Of a DNA stretch of 59,692 nt, positions 1 to 12,000 are shown piece after piece. The first letter of the stretch is position 1. Every line of letters begins with the position of its first letter. Under the pieces are notes generated by a model. The model ran no database searches, was not told the DNA's origin, and worked only from the letters and a program-made list of their open reading frames with translations. The stretch lies in the NCBI GenBank assembly GCA_900088475.1, contig FLMG01001109.1, positions 1 to 59,692 on the forward strand. The letters run 5' to 3'. Both the position numbers and the translations under genes were made by a program. This DNA is from Hyphochytrium catenoides. Taxonomy: Eukaryota; Protista; Hyphochytriomycota.

Positions 1-402
1 AGTTGATGAGAAAAAGGTTGTCTCTTGGCTTTGATGTCTGTCTCTCTGGAAGCACGAAACGAACCGTCACGCGGGTCAGGAAATCTATCCATTTCCATGT
101 CTGAAGTATATGAAACTAACGCCTTTGACATAGCTTCTATAAGCGAGTAGTTGAATCTTTGCACCTCGAATGTTTCTTAGGATGGGTTCTGACCAAAGAG
201 CGGGACAAGCCAAAGATTTGGGCACCCAAATGGGTAGCTTTGCGGTACTATCCGGATGACCCTAATGGAAGCAAATATAGGGACAGCTACGTGCACAGCT
301 TTTGGCAGAGAACCCATGGGTACCCGAGGTTGCACTTCTGGATAAGTAGGAAATTGATGATGCGAACCCTCCACTCTTCGCTCTCTCCTCTCTCCTCTTT
401 TC

Positions 403-455
<53 letters not shown>

Positions 456-1015
456 ACACAGACTCTCTCTCTCACACTGTCTCTCTCTCTCTCTCGCTTC
501 ATGTCCTGCTCTCTCAAGCATCTTCCCTCTCCTTTCCTTCTTCCTCTTTCTCTTTGAACTGTGCATCTTCACAGTTGTGCTGTTTCTCTCGTCTGTCAGT
601 GCTCAGTTTCTTGCATAACACACGCCGGCCCCGCCGCATAGTGAAGTTCGGTGCCCATGCTATTCGCATGCAGCAGAGATCAGCGCAGAGGTCTGCCGCA
701 TCAAACCTGAGGAAAGGAGAGCTGGAAGCAAAGGGAGAGACCTCCCAGATAGAGAACGAGGAACTAGAGACTGCGGGAAGGAAGAGCCAAGAGCGGATAG
801 AGGAACAGAAAGAGACTAAAAGAACGAGACAGAAGGGCAAAGAGGTAGACGACAGGGTAGAGCAAAAGAGCAGCCCCGAGCGCAGAGACGGCGACCACTT
901 CAGCGGAAGCAAGAGAACACTTGCGTTTGCTATCTCACCAACCACCGGAGCCTACCGCGACCATCATCCAGTCCTTTCAGCCATCCAAGGGCAGTGAACG
1001 CCTCACGTTAGAAGG

Positions 1016-4000
1016 ATGGTGGAAGCAGAGAACAGAACCTCTTCGATTGGAGGTAGGTGGACCATATGAAGGCTTTACACTCCTTTTACTGGCATGACAG
1101 GGTCTGACAGTGTGTGTATAGACTTAAGGGACCGCCTACGCTTGGAGCTGAGCTCGGACGGCATCAGAGAGCTGGCTGGCCATCTAAGACAAGTAAGGAA
1201 CCACTTGCTGCCTTCTTTATCTCCTCCTTTCCTTCTTTCAGTCATGGCACTTGTCTCTGGTGCTCTCTCTGACTCTTCTCTCCCTTGGATTAGCAAGGGA
1301 GTCTTCTAATCTCTAAGACCATTATCATTGCTTGGGATCGCCGTAATGGCTATGTCCTCCTCTTCCGAGGTGCTCTACTTCCTATCGTTGCCTTAACCTG
1401 GGGCCACAAGCCTAATAATCTGGAGCACAGTCCTCTCCCTCCTTTCCTCTCCACAAAAGCGTCGCCCCGTCCACCCATCCACTTCTATCTTGGCGGAAGT
1501 CAACGCTTGTACTTCATGTTCTCGCGCCTTGTTGGCGCTCTATGGCTCTATTACTCCTTTATGGCTCTATTGACTGTCAGTGGCTCACACAGTTCTAAAT
1601 GCACCTTTAGAATGTCGACATACGCAACCGTCGGAAGCGAATGTGGCGATATCGCCTTTGCTTTAGAACTGATGAAGCGGTAGACTGGCTGGTGGGCAAT
1701 GAATTTGCAACTTCTGAGGCTGAGGCGCTGGGACTGCTGGAGCTGATGATCATACATAAGATTATAAACTGTGTCAGAGGCGCGAACAGTAAGCCAGATG
1801 TCTTCAACATGCCTCTCTTCTCTTCTCCTTTATGTGGCCTCACAAACTCTATTCCCATTGTACCATATCTTCCCGCAAAATGCCTCTGCCTGCCTCTGGC
1901 GTCGCTGGGCCCTTGTGTTGAGAGCTTGCTTTCTTTGTTCAGTGTGCCTAACTCCATATCATCAAAGGCCTCAGGGTGACTCCTTTTGCCTCTTCCTTTC
2001 GATCGTCTCTCTTTGCAGTATGTGTAGGCCTTTGTAATGCTGCTGCAATTCCAATGTTCCCCACCTGATGACTCTCTCTTTTCGTTTATCCCGCTGTCCT
2101 TATGGCATTGACTCAACTTCTGCTATAGCAAAAGAGCCTTGTATCCTAGCCCTTCACACTTCTCAATTTTTCATTTGCCTCTGCATTCACATACCTGATA
2201 CGCTTGCTCTGGTTATCTCCACAAATTTTGAAGAGGGGACTCTGGACTACTCTGAAGATTGTTTATGCCGCTTCGTTCAAGAGGAGAAAGAAGAGAGAGA
2301 ATCCGATGACAGAGAATCAGTTTATGTCTCTCGTCGGTCGAGTGTTCTTTCCTCTGAAATTGGTAAGGCATCCATCCTCCCTCTATTCTCTTCCACTAGT
2401 CAGTTCCGAGCCTCTTGCTTGCTCTGAACGTCCACCCGGACCTCTTCTTGCATGTCAATGTCTTCCTTCCCAGTACCATCGCGTAATGGCACCCCGCGGT
2501 CTCGGAAGTCTTTCACTAGATAGACAATCCAAAGCCTTTTCTGTCAATCGTTCTTCCTATTCCATATCTTCTTCTTTCTTCATGGGCTTCCTCTCTGTCT
2601 AAGCTTTTCCTCTCACCCTCATCACTTCCCTGAAGGTGAGCACTATGAAGATGCGATAGGTCTTTTGGATAGTGATCTAAAGACTGATAGCGATACCACT
2701 GCCAGTCAAGGAGAAGAAGAGAATGGCCCTTGTTGGGTCTCGGTCTTACGTACGACTTTGAAACACTTTCGCTTGCTGGCTTTGTTGGTTCTTGCAGATC
2801 AATCGTGGTTTCGGACTGGTCTGATGCTCGGTTATACTCTTCTGGCGCTGTCACTGCCAAGAAAACTATTTGATTATTTTATTCTGGCAGTTATTGATGC
2901 TGATCCTCTTCCGCACGGCGGAAAGACTGAAGACGAGGCATTTGTGCGGGTCTTCTTCTGTCTGGGCGATGAGAAACAACTGGTATGGGAAGAAGTGCTA
3001 AAAGTGTTACCATTCGGTGGCCCTCGAGCAGCGCTGTTGAAACGCAATCCTTTCAAGTTGATGATTCTACTGTCCTTCCCTTCCGTCTTGCTTGCCTGTT
3101 TTCCAGGTGGCGATGCAAACTTTGCCTCGGCGTCTATCTTTGGTTTTGTCCTCATACTCTAAACAGCCATTTCTTGAACTTCCAGATAGGACAAAGCTCT
3201 CCCTCGACATCTCATTCCCCTCGGTGGTACGCTGAGATCGGAGAGTTTTGGGGCCTGGCTCTTGAGCAAGAGGACAAGGCCGCAATCATGCTGCAAGTTT
3301 ATGTTGGACAGGAGCTGATGTAGGGCCCTATTTCCTGTCGCTTCCTCCATACATTAGCTCTGGTGTTACCTTCCTGGGCCCTTCTGTTCTGCTTACCAAT
3401 CGTTGCTGCTTGCTTGCCTTCATGACTCTCCATGCATACACGGCTGTCGTCTTGACTCATCTGCCATTTCCCCTTTGCCCAGTGGTGAGGCTAAGTTGCC
3501 CTTGGTCGGTACAGCGGAAAATATCTGCCACATTCCGCTGCAATTGCGGGACAAGAAAAAGAAGGTAAACCTTATTACTTTCAACCGCTATTTCACCCTA
3601 CGGAGGATTCACCCTACGGAGGACCGACTGCCTTATCAGTGTGCTGCTCAATCACTACTTCAGTTCTGGGTATCTGTGTCCTCTTTGAGCCCGCCATGAA
3701 GATGCTGTCTTTCTCCTGCTCATACAGTGAGGCGGCTTTACAACTCCTTCTCCTCTGACTCTTACTCCGCATCCGTTAGGCTACCATCCAAGCTGCTCCT
3801 TACATCAACGTGGCTGTGAATAAAGGGCCCAGAAGTCTGTCTGAGCATGAACGAAGAGAGGTAAGAAAGAAATGTGATACATGGGAGAAAATCTAAAGAT
3901 CTCGGAGGGTAGAAGTGAAGGGATGTAATTTGCCGATAAAGATACAAGGCATATTTATTCAAAGAGGAGAGCCACGAAGAGCCACATGGTATATCTGCTG

Positions 4001-7000
4001 CCCGTCGGCTGAGGACATTGTTTCACGATCGATTCTCTGCTTTTAGCTTTTTGGGGTATCTACCGATAGATATCTATCTTTCTCTGCTGTATCCCTGCTG
4101 CACCAGATAAGTAGTTTTACCAACCAGGTAAGAGCTTGTCTCTTCTGCTCAGATATGTGCAGACCCTATCAAGCTCGTATAGATGAAATTGTTGCCGGCT
4201 CTGCTGTCCATAGTGGCAGACGATCTCACAGCCTTCCATCTTGGGTCAAGGATTCGCCAGACTCTGTTCAATGCCAATGCCAACACATACATCTCATGAT
4301 AACCCTTTCAATCGCTTCTTCCTATGTTTTGGTGCCTATTCTGCCAGAGTCCATTCATTAATGGGCATCTCCTGCCATGCGTCGTCTCTCTTTTTATATA
4401 CAGCACTCCACGAAAGATCGCGTATATCCCTACAGCATGATCATTCAGGCGATTGCAGAGGGAGAAGAGATCTACCGCAATATAACTCAGGCTAGGAAAA
4501 GGCAAGAAAATTTACATAATAAAAACGTGCCTCTTACGCCGGAGGAGCCAGGAGAAGATGATGAGGACGAGGAGGAAGTCGGTGGGAAGAAGGAAGACAT
4601 TGCCAACCTGCTCTGGTTTCTGTTCGCCAAGTGTGGGGAGAAGAGAGCACTCTTTACTAACGGGTCCATCCAGATCGAGGTAGATTCGTACACAACTCTG
4701 TGTTGCAGTTTGCCCTGGTCCTCGTACTTAAAGTTTTAGCGCACTGGAGTTCGCCCGGCACTCCTCTCTGCTTCATTCTCCACTTCAGTCCCCTCATGAC
4801 GGACGAGATCAAGTCATGGGAGTGCTTCTTCCTTGATGGTCATCCGTGCTTTATGCACTGTGCTCCCCTAATGCCTTAACCCTAACAGTTCTGGAACCAG
4901 TCATGGACTGGAGAGGAACTCCCCCGACTGACTTAACCCTCACATCCTGCATGTTGCCACATATCCATAGGATCCCGGATACCAGCTATTTTCCTTCTTG
5001 TCCAGATTCGGTTATTTGCGCGCGTTTTCTAACTCACAGGTCGGGGCCTTCTGAGAATAATTTGAGCTGTGATCAGCTCCCTGAACATTCTTTGTGTTCC
5101 TGCCGCCACTTCTCTATGGTTGCGCCGTAGAAGGAAGCTCCTAGAGAATATAGCTCGAGAACTTTTGACTCCTCTCACCTGCTGAAGTATATCCGCTTGA
5201 GGCAGCAGCTGGGCAAATATAATCGTATGTTTGTTGCCCGGATCTTCATATAGAGGGGCCGTCTTCGTTCTTTGGTGTCCATCTCAGCCCAATACTCTGT
5301 TGTGGCGCTCGTCGACATCCTTTCTCTCTCCTTCTATGAGCCTATATCCTCGGGATCTACCTTCCTCATGGTCTTTGTCTTTCTCTCTCTGTCTTTCTCT
5401 AATTCGCTCTGTAGTCTGATTGACTTACTCAGCTAGTCTACTCATTGCTTCTCTGAAGTCCCGGAGCAGGAGATCAAGTTTAGCACTGCAGAGGGCGAAT
5501 CTCAGGGCTACTTCCAGGTAAGCAATGATAAAAAGCAGCTCAGCCAACGGCAGACTACTTCTTTCTCTCCTCATTCTCTCTCTCTCTCTTTCTTATCTCT
5601 CTCTCTCTCTCCCTTATCTTTCGCCGTTCCGTCCTCATTCTTGCCTGTTTTTAGCTTCTTTCAGGGTCGTTTTTCGTCTCTCCTCCACCCCGCTGCCTAT
5701 CCTTTGTCTACACTTGCTTCCCTAGCCATTAACGTTGCCTCCTATCGCTTATGTCCTCACAACGTAATCCCATAGGTTGGGATAGACCTCGGCCCCAAAG
5801 AACTCCGGACAGGGGCGATTAGCCTGTTCTGCAACAAAGCGGTACGTATATCGCCCGGATGTGAAATTGCACTAACTGCCTAGCTCTGAGATTTCCTTAT
5901 GATAGCTCTCAAAGACTCTGCTTTCTCTGGCTTGTCTAGTTAGGTTGAGCTTAGATAACTTCGACCCTCCTCCACTCATACGCTTTTGCTGTCCATACCG
6001 TGGTCAAGCTGACTTCCACTTCTCTGTAGCTCTTCTGTATCCCTTCCTCATCACCTTCCTTGCTCCTGCTCTCCTTCTCTACTCCTACAGCACGTTATCG
6101 TGGGAAAAATTCCGCCAAAAGTGCCGGGACGGGACTTTCTCTTTCTAAAGCCGGAGCTCTGGGGAACAAAGCACCGGAAAGACCAGTTTAGGCATAGTAT
6201 TGAGTTTCTCAGAACTCGCCGAGTCAATGTTAGGGGAAACAATGTGAAAGAAAACGGTATTCTAGCTCTCTGGAACTGCTTCTCGTCTCCCATGGCTTGT
6301 AGAGGATGTTTCTGTTAACTCTTATCTCTCTTCCTATGTCTTACCCCAGTTGAGTCTTCCTCTCCAGTCTTATTGCTGCTTTGGCTGGTCTGGAACATCG
6401 TAGCTCGAATATGTTTGTGCACCTCAGTCCCCCGCCTGCCTTACGTCTTCGTTTGCTTCTCAGTCCCTGGACTGCTTGTTCTCAGTTAGTTCCGTGCTGT
6501 ACCTCCGCTATCACAGCACGATTGTATCTCTCGGTCTTCCTCTCCTCTCTCAAATAAGCTTATTGTTTTCAAGCATCTGGTGCTTGATCGCTCTTCCCCT
6601 AACGTTCCTTCCATTTCTCTTTCTTATCTCGGGATCGGTGTCCTTTCCTGCCACCATGGCCTCTGGCTTCACAGAGGGGACCGAAGAAGCCTTTGAAGTG
6701 GCAGAAGGTATGCGGCGATACTGCTACTACTCTTTTACTGTTGACTTCCACAAGAGGTTACCGCTCCTCTGCCCTCGAAAGGCACACCAAGTCCCGAAAA
6801 TGTCTCCTTCCTTGACGCTAACCTTTGCTTACTATGGGTGACTTCACTGTCTGACTGCACCAGCGGGAAGAAAGCATCTGAGGAAGGAACATCCGGATCC
6901 AAGATTTCTTCTTCAGTTCTCCTCCCTCTTGGATCAAGTCATGGAGATCCCTTTCGGATCCGTCATTGAGCCGCCCATGACTAAGGTAAGAACACGTCTT

Positions 7001-8428
7001 CAAGAAAGTAAAGTACACTTTCTGCCTTTCGTTGGGATGAGGAGATGAAGGGAAAGTGAAAGACGCAGCTGCACGTGGCTGAGGAAGGAGCTTTCTAACG
7101 CCGATGATTGCTATCTCCGTCTGGTCGACCTACCTCATAGGAGGAAATGACCTATCGAGCATCCATTTGCGGTCTTTCCTACATTTTCAGGACAACTGAG
7201 GAGGTAAGATAACTCGGCCTGAGGCTCTGACAATTGGTAACGAGGACCACCTCATCGACGAGCGCTTGCGCACTCTGTCGCCATTGTGTGGTCTTCTAAC
7301 TCGGCAGGATTGTTGTTGCATTATAGTCCCTAGTCCCTGTTCATACGTCTACTTGCTGCCTGGTAGACGTCCTCGATCTATATGACACTCTCTGCCTGCG
7401 GCCACGTTGTTAGCTCCTCTAACTCTGTCTGTCCTCTTCATGACCATCCCAAGGTGCTTAAGCAGAGTAAGCTGTTATTGGAGCGTCACACAGGGGAAAA
7501 TGGAGTTGAGCTTGGAGCTCTTCAGAGCTCCTATCATCTGGCTAATGAGATCCTAGCCAAAAGTGAGTCAAGGAGAAAGTTGCTATCTACCCCGTGAGTT
7601 AAGGCACCGAAAAGACAGTTAGAAACAGACATGGAGTGAGTTCGACAGCTAAGTGACGTGGCAAGATGACCGTAGTGAGGGGTAACCGGGCTATGGAGGA
7701 TGCCGAGTCGATCATCTGCATGTCTCCGCATAGTGCGTGTAGCGCAACTTACACATTTGTCTTCTGCTCTCTCTATCTTCTCTTCGCGTCGGGATTACCT
7801 CGCTATGCTTCACTTCACGTCGCCCTTCTCTTTCTCCCTCTCTTTCCTTATCTCTCTGTTCCAACCTTCTGCCTTTCTTCACTTTCCCGTGGTCTGTTAT
7901 GTGCCAGTTAAGACAAACTCGTGGCTCGATCATCTGGAGTTCAGATTTGGAAATGAGGTCATCTTGGATCAGGGAGAGCTCGAGACACCTCTTGGCGTTC
8001 GCTACGCGAGAAGGAAGACCCAAGAAGGACGGGAACCGGTTGATAAAGTGACAGAAAACGACCGAGCACCGTTTCTCTTGCCTGCTTTACGCAGAGGTTT
8101 GCAAGAGATCCAAGCTAGCTCGCAGTCTCTCCTGTCTACACCTCCTTGCGGCTATCCATCCCCAGTTAGCCCATCTCCCTCACCTGTTAGCAAAAGGGAG
8201 GTGAATAAGGGAGAGGACGATAGAGACTCTCTTTTATACCAAGACGCTCTTGGAGAGGAGTTGAAGAGGGCACCGCCGCCTGTTATCGCTCTAAAGGAGA
8301 AGCGAGAGGACATTCCAAGGAAACAGGGTGATAGTCTTGAGGAATTGCCCACAGAAGCTGTTCAACCAGCGCTAGAAGAGGAGCGTGATTTAACTGAAGA
8401 AGCCGACTTCCAAGACTGCCAACAATAA
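1016..8428 (+). CDS. Multi-exon (~20 exons, ~890 aa) protein: DEP domain, hydrophobic/TM segment, C2-like domain, unassigned conserved enzyme-like domain, low-complexity tail
   Basis: GT-AG exons that join in frame without stops: 1016-1052, 1101-1192, 1611-1788, 2234-2362, 2636-2982, 3186-3319, 3483-3564, 3780-3860, (4107-4127), 4404-4679, 4971-5039, 5131-5224, 5459-5517, 5776-5841, 6091-6256, 6675-6707, 6864-6985, 7454-7562, 7676-7732, 7908-8428. DEP signature: VDIRNRRKRMWRYRLCFRTDEAVDWLVGNEFATSEAEALGLLELMIIHKIINCV...DCLCRF. C2-like: AFVRVFF...IGQS...SPRWY...IMLQVY...LIGEAKLPL. Start codon and minor exons uncertain. Confidence 0.75.
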
Positions 8429-9037
8429 GCACGACACTGAGACTCTCCAGGACTCTATCTTTGTCCCCAAATCTCTTTCTCTACCCTCCTGAGTTCTTTC
8501 GAGACAAGCAGTGACCGGGCTGTGGAGGATGCTGTCTTCTGAGCCAGAGGTTTTGGATCCCCTCACCCATTGTGGAGGAAGTCACAGCAGATAAAGGAAG
8601 AGCTTGACCATACAGATCCCAACGCAGGAGGCTCCTGCTACTCAGACTCAGACAGGCCCTGCACATCATCACATCTCTCCTCTTTCTTTTGTTCGTGCTA
8701 CTGAGATTAGGGTCAGAAAGAACGCCAGCAACCTCTCGGAGAGGAAAGGGTGGATGCCCCGTTAAATAGTATTAAAGATATAAACGTTCCCCTACAGCTA
8801 GTAGAGAGAGAGAGAGAGTGAAGAGAAAAAAGGCCAAGAGGTGGTGTGCAGTGAAGATAGAAATAACAAAAAAAGACAATTGTACATCACTGCCTTCCCT
8901 CTATGTCTCTTTCTTCCTTTAGCCCTTTGTTTACAGTGGGCCATCTAGGACAGATATGACGAGAGCGAAGTCTCCAAAAATATAGCGAAGAAAGAAGAAG
9001 GCGGCTTGACAAGGGCACACTAGATTCCTTTCGAGCG

Positions 9038-12000
9038 TTACGATTTGAGCTTGTGCCCTTTGCCGTGGTGTGGAGGAGGAGGCACAACTCCCGCAGATCC
9101 TGTCGATGCACCTCCTGCTCCCCCGCCTGCTGCAGCACCATCCTGCTGTTGATGGGCGTAGTGCTGGGTAACAGCGTGCCGTCTCCTATCTTCCATGGCT
9201 GCTTGCTGCCTTGCCAGGCGGCGGAGGTGCTCCTTCAGGTCTCTACAGCGAGGGACTGGACAATTCTCTGCCCGGCACTGGCGGGCGTGGATCTGTAGCA
9301 ATGCCCAGATCCGCCGACATACGTGACATCCCCCAGCTGCTCGGACTGTACAAGTTGCGCCGTGTCGAAGCAATTGCTGCAGATTGCAGTTGCGTCAGAG
9401 ATAGCAGATAGAGAGGTATGAAGCGAGAGGCTGCAATTAGGGAAAGTCTTCAAGTACAGAACAAACCCACAAGAAAATAGCAAGAAGAGCTCTTGACGAC
9501 TAGGGCGGGTTAAGTTGCGTCAGAGAAGACTCCGAAGAGTAAGGAGGGCCACACACCTTCATCTTAGTACAGTTTGCCGAAGGGCAGGAAGTGCCTGAGC
9601 ACGCTGAGGCGTGGGAGAGCAGCTGCATATGCAACTGGATAGACCGAGCACGCTCCCTTCGAGCCTTGTCAGCCTTCGCACTGTCATCCTTACCGGTGCC
9701 TGTAAAAAGGGAGCGTGTGTAAGGACAAATGGCTGGCGTTTTACATATAAAAAGGGTGAAAAGGCAGCTGCAATGGCTGAGAATGGCAGATATAGCAGGC
9801 AGGCCAAGAGAAGAAAGACAAGATGAAGCAAAAAAGAATCCATAATATCAACAAGCGGCTCCGTGGCAGAGAAACTATATTCCATTCTCTATCTTTTCCA
9901 TATACCTGTGACTGGGAAGGCTTTGAGCTCATGCTGATGCTTCACTTTCTGTTGACAATCGTCACAGAGATCAAAGTCCGCGCATACATCACAGTGGTGC
10001 CTATTCCCTGTGAGAATATCCTTCTTGCAGTTGTCACAGGTGTGTATGTACGCTGGGGCTGTGGGGTTGTGAAGGTGATAGAGAACCATGATGGAGCTAT
10101 GCTTAGCGCGCCGAAGTTGGTCGAACTGGTAGTGATTGCCCTGTGTAAGCAAATGAAAGCATTGGCCAAAAGAGCAATTGACATCAGTAGGGACTCCATA
10201 GGGGAAGAAAAGCAGCACTTCTTATCCAGCCAGTATCATCAAAGAGATCATCTGAAGAAGAGCAACCATATGTACAAATGGATGTCCAAGATGCGCACAC
10301 AGTAACGGACTGAAGAAGCTTGCTGAGGGTAATACCTGACACAAGCTTAGGAAAGCTTGTCTTGTGTCAAAGAACTCGCACTCCACCATTTCGTCCTCCT
10401 CCACCACCTCTTTGGGTACATTCACTGGCTCGGGAATGAGGGCATGCACCTCATCCTTTCCTTTCGGATGCTGCTCCTTGCTTGGGAGAGAAAGAGAAGC
10501 CTCGTAGCACGTATCGCATAGATTATACTCTACGGTGGCGGGGTTGAGGGCGTGTTCCGTCGCGGGACACGTAGTACATTTCCACCTATTTCCTTTGATG
10601 ATAGGTTTTAGACAGGCCTGGCAGTCAGGGTAGAGCTTACAAACAAGGAAGTCGTCCTTCATCGGCTCAATGACGGTGCCTAACTTGACCATGAGCGGAT
10701 CCTTGTTCTTGTCGTCCTCCGATTCTATTGTCCCTGTGCTCCTGGTTCCTTTCTTATTGCCCTTCTTTTTGCTCGCCTTCTTGTTTCCTCTCTTCTTTCC
10801 CTTCTCTGCTTCTTCTTTCTCTTCATCTTCTAAGCTCTTGATGAACTCCTCTGCAACTCCGGTCCAATAGTCTCCTTCGAAGTACGGGAGCGCCGTAACG
10901 CCCTTGGCCTCGTTAAAGAACTCCTTATATAGGTTCGAAATCTCTACCACGATCCCTTCTTTCTGGCTCTTTAGGAGAAGCGTGACATACCACTGCCGCA
11001 GCCTCTCACTCTTCGGAGTCTTCTGTTCTTCTGGGTGGCAATAAAGAATATAGTCATCGCCCTTAAGAGGAGGGCAGGCCCAAATGTGCGCCGTATGATA
11101 GCCACGTCTCTTGACATACTCCAAATATGCCACAAGTAACTCTTGGTATACCAGCGTTCGCACATGTCGAGGACGGAAGTACTGGACAGAATCCAAGTAG
11201 CTGATATAAACACGGCGTTTGTTTGGTTCCGGTGCCTGGTGGTCGAACTCGTGGACATACATTCCAAAGAGAAGCACATCTACGCCATCTATCTGCTGGA
11301 AGAGCACGATGCACTTGCTCTTATAATGGAACTCCGCTGGATATTTGTGGCTTTCCTTATACCTTTCGTACATCTTCTCTCTCACCACGAGGGGTTTCTC
11401 CACGAAGGAAACCTGTCGGATGACGAGGTTATCTGCTGTTTCTATGTCAGCCACCGGTCTACCTGTCCTTGCCGCCTCATCTTTTCTCTCTCTATCCAGC
11501 ATCTGGCGTATCTTGACTTCTAGATAGTCACTAAGCCGAGTCCGCTGCAGTTCTTTGGCACCCAGCGGCCGAGGCTGGATTGCATATTTGGCGGGTTCTG
11601 CCTTTCTTTTGTCCTTGAGGCAGATTGGACAGTAATATTGTGTATTGTTGTCACTTTCCATGTTGCGACCGTTGAAGAGGGCGCAGATCTGGTGCATCCA
11701 GCGGTTGCAGCCGTCGCATCCTACCCATGGCTCCTCATGCACCTCGTCATTCTTCTTCTTTACTAGTTCACTTCTCTTCACCACTGAGCCGTCGGAAACT
11801 GTGATGCTCTCCTCTTTCAACTCCTGATAGCAGGTCTGGCACCAATGGTACTTGTTCTCACTGTTCGTATAGTAGTAAGAGTTGCGTCGAATTCTGCCTG
11901 CACAGGTGCCGTTGCAGAAGAACACAATGGGTTCAAAGGTAAAGCGCTCTCCGCCGCAGAGGCGGCAAGCATTCGCTCCTTCCCTTCTCTTCTTCTCTTC

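Noticed and set aside
159-572. Many ORF-track entries of (ER)n or (SL)n peptides here and at 21600-23700, 35400-37400, 41100-41400, 48400-49000 and 58600-59200
   Set aside because: They are translations of AG/CT microsatellites, which lack stop codons.
3592-3623. 16-bp tandem duplication TTCACCCTACGGAGGA x2
   Set aside because: Intronic, two copies and no spacer: a simple slippage product, not CRISPR-like.
4128-4152. Apparent 25-nt GT-AG mini-intron (and a 28-nt one at 20280-20307)
   Set aside because: Longer canonical introns from the same donors give intact frames, so there is no support for a tiny-intron class.
6864-7204. Suspected frameshift or TGA recoding in the DEP gene, and a possible 13-nt micro-exon at 7191-7203
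   Set aside because: Recounting shows exon 6864-6985 is open in frame. Including the 13-nt exon would introduce a stop.
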